The notes: generated by a model from the sequence alone, not told the origin. Counted from the stretch's first letter, positions 28,627 to 37,593 are shown. The stretch: DNA of 64,000 nt from Streptococcus mitis (GCA_965245755.1 CBDFAU010000001.1:54854-118853), one strand, 5' to 3'. Translations and numbers: made by a program.

Positions 28627-29360
28627 TTGCCATGAGTAATTTAGAGGAATTTGCTAAGGCCGTCGGCCGTGATGTGAAGGTGCTGAATCAAAAACCAAGC
28701 CCAGAATTAACTCTAACTGGAAATACCCTCGGCATTGTCGGGGGTAACAGGGTCACTCTACCATTACCAGAGAACGTAGGCCATGAAATCCGTGGTACAG
28801 GTTCGCCTGAAGGTAAGATCGTGGCTGAACGTGGAACCACGTATGTCGACACACTTGCGACGAATGGAGCGCTCACGTGGATAAAGGCAAATGGTAGTGG
28901 TAATACAGGATGGAAAGTTTTAATCGGTGATACTGGCTGGATAACCCTTAATTCAGCTTCAATACTAACTAATGGCAGCCAAAAATCATTTATTAAGATT
29001 AGACGTGTAAACAACTTAGTCTCTTATAACTTCGGAGGTCTTCAGTACGGTTGGTTCGGGATCATTCGAAGAAATGGACCGGGATTCGTCGGTCACGGTA
29101 GCACTGGACCTCGAGGAGTAAAGGTGGTAACTCCTGGAAACATTCCGCAAGGTTTTAGAAGTGAAAGCTCTTTAATCGGAGGTATTTACAGTGATTCAGG
29201 AAAACCGTACGGAATCTGGTATTTGGGCGGAAAGAGTGACTCAAACTTTATCCAATTCACGTTTTACGAAGAAATCCCAACCAACAAAGACATTGGAGAT
29301 ATTCGTGTCAGTGCTGTCTCGTATATAACTGACGAAGATTGGCCTACACAATTACCATAA
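28623..29360 (+). CDS. Putative receptor-binding (fibre head) protein
   Basis: GTGSPEGKIVAERGTTYVD…GSGNTGWKV is a motif recurrent in fibre/receptor-binding heads. GTG start at 28623, or alternatively ATG at 28632. Confidence 0.45.
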   Translation: MIAMSNLEEFAKAVGRDVKVLNQKPSPELTLTGNTLGIVGGNRVTLPLPENVGHEIRGTGSPEGKIVAERGTTYVDTLATNGALTWIKANGSGNTGWKVLIGDTGWITLNSASILTNGSQKSFIKIRRVNNLVSYNFGGLQYGWFGIIRRNGPGFVGHGSTGPRGVKVVTPGNIPQGFRSESSLIGGIYSDSGKPYGIWYLGGKSDSNFIQFTFYEEIPTNKDIGDIRVSAVSYITDEDWPTQLP

Positions 29361-29375
29361 GAAAGGAAAATATAC

Positions 29376-29654
29376 ATGATTAACTGGAAAGTACGATTTA
29401 ACTTTAAAAACAAAACATTCTTATTACGAGTGGCATTTGCTTTAGCTTTGCCAATTCTCGCATATTTCAATCTTAAACTAGAAGATTTGGTAAGCTGGGG
29501 AGTTATCTTCGATTTACTAGGTAAATTCTTCTCAAACCCTTATCTTTTAGGTTTGACGATTGTAAATATCTTGAATATCATTCCAGACCCCACAACATCA
29601 GGAATCTCTGATAGCAAACGTGCTCTTGACTATCAAGAACCAAGCGAAGATTAG
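29376..29654 (+). CDS. Holin (phi LC3 / Phage_holin_1 family)
   Basis: N-terminal MINWKVRFNFKNKTF signature and two hydrophobic segments. Immediately upstream of the lysin. Confidence 0.8.
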   Translation: MINWKVRFNFKNKTFLLRVAFALALPILAYFNLKLEDLVSWGVIFDLLGKFFSNPYLLGLTIVNILNIIPDPTTSGISDSKRALDYQEPSED

Positions 29655-29663
29655 GAGAAAAAA

Positions 29664-30674
29664 ATGAAGAAAAACGACTTATTCATCGACGTATCTAGCC
29701 ACAATGGATACGATATTACAGGTATTTTGGCTGACATGGGTACACAGAATACTATTATCAAAATTTCTGAAAGTACAAGCTATATCAACCCTTGCCTGTC
29801 CGCTCAAGTTGAGCAATCAACCCCTATTGGATTTTATCATTTCGCATGGTTTGGAGGTGACATCGAAGAAGCCGAACGAGAGGCACGCTACTTCCTTGAT
29901 AATGTGCCTCAAAAAGTAAAATACTTGTGTCTCGACTACGAAGATCATGCAAGCGGAGATAAACAGGCAAATACAGATGCTTGTATTCGCTTCATGGAAA
30001 TCCTCAAAGAAAATGGCTACGAGCCAATCTATTACAGCTACAAGCCATTCACGCTTAATAATATTTATTATGAGCAGATTCTTGCGAAATTCCCAAACAG
30101 CCTTTGGATTGCCGGGTATGGTTTAAACGATGGTAACGCTGACTTTGAATACTTCCCAAGCATGGACGGTATACGCTGGTGGCAATACTCTTCAAATCCG
30201 TACGACAAAAACATTGTTTTATTAGATGATGAAGAAGCTAAACCCGGATGGAAGCAGAACGATACAGGCTACTGGTACGTACATTCAGACGGCTCTTATC
30301 CTAAAGATAAGTTTGAGAAGATCGACGACGTCTGGTACTACTTCGACAACTCAGGCTACATGCTTGCAGAACAATGGAAGAAGCACACAGACGGCAATTG
30401 GTATTGGTTCGATAATTCAGGACACATGGCTACAGGTTGGAAGAAAATCGCTGAGAAGTGGTACTATTTCAACGAAGAAGGAGCTATGCTGACTGGTTGG
30501 GTTAAGTACAAGGATACTTGGTACTACCTCGACAGCAAGGACGGTAACATGGTATCTAACGCATTTATCCAGTCCGCAGACAAGAAAGGTTGGTACTACG
30601 TCAAAGAAGATGGCACACTGGCAAATAAGCCAGAGTTTACTGTTGAGCCTAACGGGCTCATTACTACAAAATAA
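29664..30674 (+). CDS. Endolysin: GH25 lysozyme with a C-terminal choline-binding repeat domain (Cpl-1-like)
   Basis: The N-terminus [21 protein letters not shown]…[21 protein letters not shown]…GFYHF and [12 protein letters not shown]…[17 protein letters not shown] closely follow the Cp-1 lysozyme Cpl-1 as I recall it. The C-terminal half has about six GW/WYYF choline-binding repeats. Confidence 0.9.
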   Translation: MKKNDLFIDVSSHNGYDITGILADMGTQNTIIKISESTSYINPCLSAQVEQSTPIGFYHFAWFGGDIEEAEREARYFLDNVPQKVKYLCLDYEDHASGDKQANTDACIRFMEILKENGYEPIYYSYKPFTLNNIYYEQILAKFPNSLWIAGYGLNDGNADFEYFPSMDGIRWWQYSSNPYDKNIVLLDDEEAKPGWKQNDTGYWYVHSDGSYPKDKFEKIDDVWYYFDNSGYMLAEQWKKHTDGNWYWFDNSGHMATGWKKIAEKWYYFNEEGAMLTGWVKYKDTWYYLDSKDGNMVSNAFIQSADKKGWYYVKEDGTLANKPEFTVEPNGLITTK

Positions 30675-30717
30675 TCTTAAAAATAAGTAGAAAGGAAACT
30701 TTCTAAATTGTTCTTTC

Positions 30718-30746
30718 ACCGCAGGCAATAGCTTGCGGTTTTTTTG
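30718..30746 (+). terminator. Rho-independent terminator of the lysis cassette
   Basis: Stem ACCGCAGGC/GCUUGCGGU with loop AAUA, then T7. Confidence 0.7.
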
Positions 30747-30924
30747 TTTGCTCTGAAATACGCTTGATAATCGCTTGAAATTCTGAAAAACCTTTATAAA
30801 TATAGGGTTAGGAGTGTTCTTTTTCGCTTGAATATCTTTATTTTGCTCTGAAAGTAGAAAAACAGTAATTTTTTCACTACTTTTTTTATTTTTTTACGAA
30901 TAGATAAGTAAGGAGGAAGAAAAC

Positions 30925-31197
30925 ATGAACATTTTGAACATTAAACTTGCAAGCGTAGAGCAGACAGACTTAGGTTTTGAACATTGGGTAGATGTGACTT
31001 ACCAGGTTCCGATTTTGAAAAATGAGTACACGGTCAAGCTGTTGTTGCTTATGGAATGCAAGATAGAGGACCACGAAGTGATTGAGTACCTGGTCAGCAC
31101 TTGGAAGTATCGGGATCTCGTGCTGCACTCTGTGCAGATGTATGGGATTGAGAGAGAAGGGGCAAAAAAGGGGCAAAAATGTCGTAAACCTCTGTAA
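30925..31197 (+). CDS. Hypothetical moron between the lysin and the prophage end
   Basis: 90-aa ORF with RBS AAGGAGGA 7 nt upstream and an AT-rich upstream region. No recognised motif. Confidence 0.45.
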   Translation: MNILNIKLASVEQTDLGFEHWVDVTYQVPILKNEYTVKLLLLMECKIEDHEVIEYLVSTWKYRDLVLHSVQMYGIEREGAKKGQKCRKPL

Positions 31198-31325
31198 AAT
31201 GATGTAAAACCAATTATTTTAAAACTGAAAATATAGCTATTTTTTAAGGCATTGGAATTTGATGTAAATATATGTAATGGTGTTTTTAAAAGTAGACGGG
31301 TTCTAATTTAACATTGAGAATATGA

Positions 31326-31357
31326 TCCTAAGTGAGAAGCTCACTTGGGATTTTTTT
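31326..31357 (+). terminator. Rho-independent terminator near the prophage/chromosome junction
   Basis: 11-bp stem UCCUAAGUGAG/CUCACUUGGGA (1 GU) with a 3-nt loop, then T7. Confidence 0.6.
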
Positions 31358-31364
31358 AATCAAG

Positions 31365-31460
31365 AAAATAGTTCTCATGAAAACTTTTTTCTTGACAGCT
31401 TTTCTGAAAATGGTAAAATAGTTCTCATGGAAACTTATTTAGTTCCTAGGAGAACTAAAT
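31365..31460 (+). promoter_or_regulatory. Promoter of the MarR-ABC operon with three palindromic operator-like sites
   Basis: -35 TTGACA (31392-31397), a 16-nt spacer, and an extended -10 TGGTAAAAT (31411-31419). AAAATAGTTCTCATGRAAACT is repeated at 31365-31385 and 31415-31435. A 9-bp-arm palindrome ATTTAGTTC-N6-GAACTAAAT lies at 31437-31460. All three share the half-site TAGTTC. Confidence 0.55.
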
Positions 31461-31483
31461 GTGATGGTTAGAAAGGAGTTGGT

Positions 31484-31954
31484 ATGGATAAACCGATGTT
31501 AGTCTTTAAGCGTTTTGGTCATCAGATTCACCTCATGGTGCAAAAGGAAGCCAAACGTTGTGGTATTGAATTTATGGGTGGGCCTCAAGGTCAGGTTGTG
31601 CGTTTTTTGGATAATCGTGAGAAAAACCAAGACTTGGTCTTGATTAAAGATATCGAGCAGGAACTCAATATTACCAAGTCTGTTGCTAGTAATCTGGTTA
31701 AGCGTATGGTGCAAAATGGTTTGGTGGAATTGGAGGCGAATCCTAGCGATAAGCGGGCAAAATTTGTTCGTTTGACGGACAAAGCACGTTCTCAGATGCA
31801 GCAGGTTAAGGCCTTTTTTGAACGAATTGACAAGCAGTTGATGGAAGACATTGATGAAGATGAATTAGTGATTTTTGAGAAAGTTCTCGGTCAACTACAG
31901 GAAAATATCAAGGGAATAGGAGGAGAGAATGAAGAAATTAGCCAAAAGAATTAG
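31484..31954 (+). CDS. MarR-family transcriptional regulator
   Basis: 156 aa with a winged-helix region (IKDIEQELNITKSVASNLVKRMVQNGLVE…DKRAKFVRLT). Confidence 0.85.
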   Translation: MDKPMLVFKRFGHQIHLMVQKEAKRCGIEFMGGPQGQVVRFLDNREKNQDLVLIKDIEQELNITKSVASNLVKRMVQNGLVELEANPSDKRAKFVRLTDKARSQMQQVKAFFERIDKQLMEDIDEDELVIFEKVLGQLQENIKGIGGENEEISQKN

Positions 31955-33698
31955 TAGAAAAGAATGGGGGATGATTTTACTAGCTATTCTCTTTACCTGC
32001 TTTTCGGTCTATCTGGAGTTGGAAGTGCCGACTTATATCTCGAAAATTACGGATTTGCTAGGTAGTCAAGGAACTAATTTAGATGAGTTGTGGCAGCCGG
32101 CAAGCATGATGGTGGGAATGTCCTTTCTTGCCTTCTTGTCCGTAGTTGCAGTTGGATTTTTTGCATCCCGAGTGGCGGCTTCTTATACTAGTAGGTTGAG
32201 AAGTGATATTTTTAACCGAGTTTTGGATTACTCGCAGACAGAGATTAAGAAATTCTCTATTCCCAGTCTTTTAACTCGTACCACCAATGACATTATTCAA
32301 GTTCAAATGTTGATTACCATGGGCTTGCAAGTGGTAACACGTGGTCCAATTATGGCTATCTGGGCTATTGGGAAGATTTTAGGTCATTCAGAATACTGGC
32401 TCTGGGCCGTACTTGTGGCAGTGATTGTCAACGTTCTGATGACGACTGTTTTGATGACGCTAGCCTTTCCAAAACAGTCCTTGATTCAAAGTCTGACTGA
32501 TAAACTGAACAGTATCACTCGTGAAAGTTTAACAGGTATTCGTGTCGTTCGCGCCTACAATGCTGAAGAATACCAAAATGAAAAATTTGCAGCAGCAAAT
32601 GATGAATTGACACGCTTGAATTTGTTTGTCAACCGTCTTATGGCTATTTTGAACCCTATCATGATGGGGATTTCAAGTGGTTTGAGTGTGGCGATTTACT
32701 GGATTGGGGCCTATGTGATTAACGACGCTGCTCCGATAGCGCGTCTGCCTCTCTTTAGTGACATGATTGTTTTCATGTCTTATGCTATGCAGGTTGTCAT
32801 GGGCTTCCTTCTCATGGGGGCGCTCTTCATCGTTCTTCCCCGAACTATGGTCTCTGCTAAGCGGATTAATCAAGTTTTAGATTTGCATTCTTCTATCCAA
32901 AACCCTGCTCAAGTGCAGCTGGCTGATGAAAACCTCAAAGGTCAGGTCGAATTTAAGGATGTGACCTTCCGATATGCGGCAAATTCGGAGGCGGTTATTG
33001 AGAATGTTAGCTTTAGAGCAGAAGCTGGTCAAACAGTGGCCTTTATTGGGTCAACAGGTTCTGGTAAATCAACTCTGGTCAATCTGATTCCACGTTTCTA
33101 CAACGTATCAGCAGGAGAAATTCTGGTGGACGGTGTCAATGTTCAAGACTATGACTTGGAAGATTTGCGCAACAAGGTTGGTTATATTCCTCAGAAAGCG
33201 GTTCTCTTTTCAGGTGATGTCAAGGACAATCTAGACTTTGGACAAAGTCAAGAAACACCACTTAGTGAGCAGGCTATGTGGCAGGCTTTGGAGTTGGCTC
33301 AGTCTAAGAACTTTATCGAAGACAAGGAAGCGGGCTTAGCGTCAGAAGTGGCCCAAGGAGGAACCAACTTCTCAGGTGGTCAAAGACAGCGTCTGGCCAT
33401 TGCGCGTGCCTTAGCTCGGAAGCCAGAAATCCTCATCTTTGATGACTCCTTCTCAGCCTTGGACTACAAGACAGACCGTGTCCTACGCCAAGAGTTAGCA
33501 GAGAAAACCAAGTCTATGACCAAGCTTATCGTCGCACAGCGTATTTCAACGATTATGGACGCAGATTTGATTTTGGTCTTGGATCAAGGGAAAGTCGTGG
33601 GACAAGGCACCCACAAGGAACTTCTAGCTAATAACGAAGTTTACCAAGAAATTGCCTATTCACAACTATCGAAGGAGGAATTGGAACATGGAAAATAA
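31929..33698 (+). CDS. ABC exporter, fused permease/ATPase (half-transporter A)
   Basis: Six-TM N-terminal domain, Walker A GSTGSGKST, signature FSGGQRQR, Walker B ILIFDD. Confidence 0.9.
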   Translation: MKKLAKRISRKEWGMILLAILFTCFSVYLELEVPTYISKITDLLGSQGTNLDELWQPASMMVGMSFLAFLSVVAVGFFASRVAASYTSRLRSDIFNRVLDYSQTEIKKFSIPSLLTRTTNDIIQVQMLITMGLQVVTRGPIMAIWAIGKILGHSEYWLWAVLVAVIVNVLMTTVLMTLAFPKQSLIQSLTDKLNSITRESLTGIRVVRAYNAEEYQNEKFAAANDELTRLNLFVNRLMAILNPIMMGISSGLSVAIYWIGAYVINDAAPIARLPLFSDMIVFMSYAMQVVMGFLLMGALFIVLPRTMVSAKRINQVLDLHSSIQNPAQVQLADENLKGQVEFKDVTFRYAANSEAVIENVSFRAEAGQTVAFIGSTGSGKSTLVNLIPRFYNVSAGEILVDGVNVQDYDLEDLRNKVGYIPQKAVLFSGDVKDNLDFGQSQETPLSEQAMWQALELAQSKNFIEDKEAGLASEVAQGGTNFSGGQRQRLAIARALARKPEILIFDDSFSALDYKTDRVLRQELAEKTKSMTKLIVAQRISTIMDADLILVLDQGKVVGQGTHKELLANNEVYQEIAYSQLSKEELEHGK

Positions 33699-35448
33699 GA
33701 AAATGTCTCTTTGGAAACAGAGTAAACCCTATCTTGCAGGCCTCCAGTTTGCCCTTCTGATAGCCTTTATAGCAACAATCGTATCCAATATCATTACTGT
33801 TTATGGGCCGACTCGTATCAAGGAAATGACCAATATCATTGCCAGTGGACTAGAAACAAGTGTGGATGTCGCTGCGGTTGCAGCCATTGGTAGTTTTTTG
33901 GCCGTCATCTATGTGATCGGACTTCTATCAAATTATTTGCAGGCCTTTCTGTTTACAACAGCCATTCAACGTTTTTCAGAGCGTTTGAGAAGAGCTATTG
34001 CAGAGAAAATTAATCGCCTTCCATTGGGGTATTTTGATGGACATTCTCAAGGAGATACCTTGTCTCGTGTGACCAATGACGTTGACACTGCAGCCCAGTC
34101 CCTCAATCAAAGTCTGGGAACAGTTCTTTCATCCACTTTACTGGTCGTGGCAGTCTTGGTAACCATGTTTGGGATGAACTGGATTTTAGCCTTGGTGACG
34201 GTTGTTTCAACTCTAATCGGTTTTGCTTTCGTGTCCGTTTTTATGGGCAAATCGCAGGGATTCTTTAAGAGTCAGCAACAAGACCTAGCAGCTGTCAACG
34301 GCTATGTGGAGGAAATGTACTCTGGCCATAATGTGGTGACCAGTTATAATGCTATCGAGAGTACGAAAGAAGAATTTGCGACATTAAACCATCTTCTGTA
34401 TGATAGTATCTGGAAATCTCAATTTATTTCAGGGATTATGATGCCGATTATGATGTTTATTGGGAACTTTAGCTATGCCTTGGTGATTATCGTTGGTGCA
34501 GCCTTGGCCTTAAATGGGCAGATTAGTATCGGGATTATCGTTGCCTTTATGGCCTACGTTCGTATCTTTTCTCAGCCTCTTTCACAAATTGCCCAAGGGA
34601 TTACTAGTCTTCAGCAGGCTAGTGCAGCCATGGGACGTGTCTTTGAATTTTTAGCTGAAGAGGAAATGGAAGATGAATCCCATAAAGAAAGACAATTGAG
34701 CGATATGAAAGGTCAAGTAGTCTTTGATCGAGTCTCCTTTGGTTATACACCAGAGCGAACTATTATCCATGACTTTTCTGCGACAGCTCATGCAGGTCAA
34801 AAGGTTGCTATTGTAGGGCCGACTGGAGCTGGTAAGACAACCATTGTCAATCTTTTGATGAAGTTTTATGAGATTGATAAGGGAAGCATCCGTATTGATG
34901 GTATCGATACCAAGGAGATGAAGCGTTCGGAAGTACACGATGCCTTTTCAATGGTCTTGCAGGATACTTGGCTCTTTGAAGGAACCATTCGTGACAATCT
35001 CATCTATAACCAAACAGGTATTAGTGATGAGCGTGTGATTGAAGCCAGCAAGGCTGTGGGGATTCACCACTTTATCATGACCCTGCCAGATGGTTATGAT
35101 ACTGTCTTGGATGATACAGTAACCTTGTCTGTCGGACAAAAACAACTCTTGACCATTGCTCGTGCTTTGTTGAAAGATGCACCACTCCTAATCCTAGATG
35201 AAGCGACATCTTCGGTTGATACACGGACGGAAGAATTAATCCAGAAAGCCATGGACCGTTTGATGGAGGGAAGAACTTCCTTTGTCATCGCCCACCGCTT
35301 GTCTACTATTCGAAATGCTGATCTTATTCTGGTTATGAAAGATGGAAATATTATCGAGCAAGGCAATCATGAGGAGCTGATGGCACAAGCTGGTTTCTAC
35401 GCTGACCTCTACAACAGTCAGTTTACAGAAGATGAAGCAGAAGAATAA
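33688..35448 (+). CDS. ABC exporter, fused permease/ATPase (half-transporter B)
   Basis: ATG at 33688 after GGAGGA. Walker A GPTGAGKTT, signature LSVGQKQL, Walker B LLILDEATS. Heterodimer partner of the upstream gene. Confidence 0.9.
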   Translation: MENKKMSLWKQSKPYLAGLQFALLIAFIATIVSNIITVYGPTRIKEMTNIIASGLETSVDVAAVAAIGSFLAVIYVIGLLSNYLQAFLFTTAIQRFSERLRRAIAEKINRLPLGYFDGHSQGDTLSRVTNDVDTAAQSLNQSLGTVLSSTLLVVAVLVTMFGMNWILALVTVVSTLIGFAFVSVFMGKSQGFFKSQQQDLAAVNGYVEEMYSGHNVVTSYNAIESTKEEFATLNHLLYDSIWKSQFISGIMMPIMMFIGNFSYALVIIVGAALALNGQISIGIIVAFMAYVRIFSQPLSQIAQGITSLQQASAAMGRVFEFLAEEEMEDESHKERQLSDMKGQVVFDRVSFGYTPERTIIHDFSATAHAGQKVAIVGPTGAGKTTIVNLLMKFYEIDKGSIRIDGIDTKEMKRSEVHDAFSMVLQDTWLFEGTIRDNLIYNQTGISDERVIEASKAVGIHHFIMTLPDGYDTVLDDTVTLSVGQKQLLTIARALLKDAPLLILDEATSSVDTRTEELIQKAMDRLMEGRTSFVIAHRLSTIRNADLILVMKDGNIIEQGNHEELMAQAGFYADLYNSQFTEDEAEE

Positions 35449-35453
35449 ACCCA

Positions 35454-35480
35454 AAGAAGGCTTGACGGCCTTCTTTTTCT
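35454..35480 (+). terminator. Terminator after the ABC exporter operon
   Basis: Stem AAGAAGGC/GCCUUCUU with a 6-nt loop and a T-run. Confidence 0.55.
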
Positions 35481-35528
35481 GCACTATACTAGAAGACAAG
35501 TGCTTCCCTATAAGCAAAATTTGAGTAA

Positions 35529-36047
35529 GTGATGAGAAAATATATGAAAAATTATCAAGAATGGTATGACCATATTGCTAGTAAGATTGAAAATAAGCCT
35601 ATCTTTCTGAGACTGTTAAGAACTTTCAATCGGTTCATGACGGTAGTTATGCCTATGATTTATCTAACCTTGTTAGCAACTACCTATCTTCAAGAAGGAC
35701 TTGGGAAACAGGTCTTGATCTATGTGTTTATCCCTGCATCAGGTTTTGTGATTTTGTCCTTTCTTCGTAAGAAAATCAATGCCCCTAGGCCTTATGAGGA
35801 ATGGGATATTAAACCCTTACTTGACAGAGATAGTCCTGGTCAGTCAATGCCCAGTCGTCATGTCTTTTCAGCAACCATTATCTCCATGGCTTGCATGCAT
35901 GCTAGTCTACCTATAGGGATGATTTGTTTGACATTATCAGCCTTCCTAGGTCTAGTGAGAGTCTTAGGTGGCGTGCATTATCCCAAGGATGTAGTGGTTG
36001 GCTATATTTGTGCTCTTGTATGGGGTGTGATTTTCTTTCTATGTTGA
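35529..36047 (+). CDS. PAP2-family membrane phosphatase
   Basis: Motifs KKINAPRP, PSRH and RVLGGVHYPKD in the canonical PAP2 order, plus multiple TM segments. The start may instead be the ATG at 35532. Confidence 0.8.
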   Translation: MMRKYMKNYQEWYDHIASKIENKPIFLRLLRTFNRFMTVVMPMIYLTLLATTYLQEGLGKQVLIYVFIPASGFVILSFLRKKINAPRPYEEWDIKPLLDRDSPGQSMPSRHVFSATIISMACMHASLPIGMICLTLSAFLGLVRVLGGVHYPKDVVVGYICALVWGVIFFLC

Positions 36048-36070
36048 CCTGTAAGTTAAGGTGGTCCCAC

Positions 36071-36101
36071 AACCACTTACGAGTCTAAAGTAACCACTTG
36101 C
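36071..36101 (+). promoter_or_regulatory. Two 10-bp direct repeats AACCACTTRC with 21-bp periodicity upstream of the LytTR operon
   Basis: AACCACTTAC at 36071-36080 and AACCACTTGC at 36092-36101. Downstream lie a weak -35 TTGTTT (36112-36117), a 17-nt spacer and a -10 TATAGT (36135-36140). Confidence 0.4.
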
Positions 36102-36160
36102 TTTTTTGCTCTTGTTTTCTTATTTTCCCTTTGATATAGTAGAGTCAGAAAGGAGATGGA

Positions 36161-36607
36161 ATGAAGTTACGAATCGAAATTGACAGCAATTTAGAGGAAA
36201 CTGAAATTGTCATCAAGGCAGCGGCTTTGACAGATGAGATTGCGGATTTACAGCGGCTCTTGCAAGAGTCCAAGTCTCCTAGGTTGATTTTTTACAAGGG
36301 AACAGGTGAATATTATCTGGACTTATCGGAAATTCTCTTCTTTGAGACAGAAGGTAGCAAGATTTACGCCCATACCCAGAAAGATGCCTACGAGGTTCGA
36401 CTTAAACTCTATGAGTTAGAGGCTATCCTTCCTCGATATTTTAGTCGGGTATCCAAGTCGACTATTGCAAATATCCGTCAGGTTTACTCGGTGGACAAAT
36501 CCTTTTCAGGAACGGGCACCATTTCCTTTTATCAGACCCACAAGGAGGTTCATGTGTCACGGCATTATCAATCCCTCCTAAAAGAAAATCTAAGAAACAT
36601 GAGGTAA
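36161..36607 (+). CDS. LytTR-domain DNA-binding protein (no receiver domain)
   Basis: 148 aa. The LytTR pattern (ILFFETEGSKIYAHT…Y…L…LE…LP…FSRVSKSTIANI) occupies the C-terminal two thirds. Confidence 0.8.
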   Translation: MKLRIEIDSNLEETEIVIKAAALTDEIADLQRLLQESKSPRLIFYKGTGEYYLDLSEILFFETEGSKIYAHTQKDAYEVRLKLYELEAILPRYFSRVSKSTIANIRQVYSVDKSFSGTGTISFYQTHKEVHVSRHYQSLLKENLRNMR

Positions 36608-36611
36608 GAAC

Positions 36612-37286
36612 ATGAAAAAGAAAGCATTTGGTATTGTGTTGCTGGTTTTAGCAGCATGGATTTTGTTGCAAGGAAATTTTGGCATTCCTTCTTTGGATGG
36701 TAAAATATGGCCTTTACTTGGTATCGTCTTTTTTGCCTACCAGTCAGTTGAATCTTTGCTTCGTCGTCACCTGACATCAGCAGTTTTGACCGCTCTAGTA
36801 GCCTTAATGATTGCAAATCATTTTTATAACATTTTGCCTATCCCAAATCAGTCTCTATTTTGGGCAAGTATCTTAGCAGTGCTAGGTGTTGGCTATCTCA
36901 CTCACTCAAGTAAGTTTTGGAATGGGAAAAAATGGTGGTATGACGGTGAAAAGACCATTATGACAGACAAGGAAGTCGCTTTTGGAAGTGGGACTTTCTA
37001 TAAACAAGATCAAGATCTTGTAGAAGACCAAGTAGAAGTTGCTTTTGGGAATGCAAAAATCTACTATGACAATGCAGAGATGTTGGGAGATAGCGCAACC
37101 TTGAAGATAGAAGTCGGTTTTGGGAATGCAGTTATCTATGTTCCTCAACATTGGGGAGTTGATTTAAAGGTAGAAACTTTCTGTGGCGTAGCCAAGGCAG
37201 ATACTCCTCTAGCCCCAACCAGCAAAACCTTGATTATTCGCGGGGAAGTGGCTTTTGGTAAACTTGGTGTTGTCTACGTCAAATAA
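36612..37286 (+). CDS. Membrane protein with a LiaF-like (DUF2154) C-terminal beta-repeat domain
   Basis: Four N-terminal TM segments and C-terminal repeats (VAFGSGTFY, VAFGNAKIYY, VGFGNAVIYV, VAFGKLGVVYV). The start is 5 nt after the LytTR gene stop. Confidence 0.65.
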   Translation: MKKKAFGIVLLVLAAWILLQGNFGIPSLDGKIWPLLGIVFFAYQSVESLLRRHLTSAVLTALVALMIANHFYNILPIPNQSLFWASILAVLGVGYLTHSSKFWNGKKWWYDGEKTIMTDKEVAFGSGTFYKQDQDLVEDQVEVAFGNAKIYYDNAEMLGDSATLKIEVGFGNAVIYVPQHWGVDLKVETFCGVAKADTPLAPTSKTLIIRGEVAFGKLGVVYVK

Positions 37287-37392
37287 AAAAATCTTCCAAT
37301 CCCCTTGCCAAAACAGAGAAAGTGTGATAACATAGTACAGTATGTGGTGCTAGCACATCCGCTATATTAGATCTAATAGGAGGAAAACACAA

Positions 37393-37581
37393 ATGGCTAA
37401 AGTATGTTACTTTACAGGTCGTAAGACTGTATCAGGAAACAACCGTTCACACGCGATGAACCAAACAAAACGTGCCGTAAAACCAAACCTTCAAAAAGTT
37501 ACTGTTCTTATCGATGGTAAACCTAAAAAAGTTTGGGCTTCAGCTCGTGCTTTGAAATCAGGTAAAGTTGAACGCGTTTAA
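37393..37581 (+). CDS. rpmB: 50S ribosomal protein L28
   Basis: 62 aa: [27 protein letters not shown]…. Confidence 0.95.
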   Translation: MAKVCYFTGRKTVSGNNRSHAMNQTKRAVKPNLQKVTVLIDGKPKKVWASARALKSGKVERV

Positions 37582-37593
37582 TAATAAAAGTAA

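Larger units (their letters stand above)
1..31300 (+). mobile_element. Partial temperate siphovirus-type prophage (replication, packaging, head, tail, lysis modules). The left end is outside the window. The right boundary lies somewhere in 31198-31360.
   Basis: Uninterrupted + strand gene train containing terminase, portal, capsid, tape measure, holin and lysin, followed directly by housekeeping genes. No integrase or repressor in the window. Confidence 0.85.

Noticed and set aside
37308-37392. GTGCTAGCAC palindrome in the rpmB leader as a regulatory RNA
   Set aside because: It is a short 10-nt palindrome only. I know of no L28 leader motif to compare it with, and the support is too weak to report as a finding.
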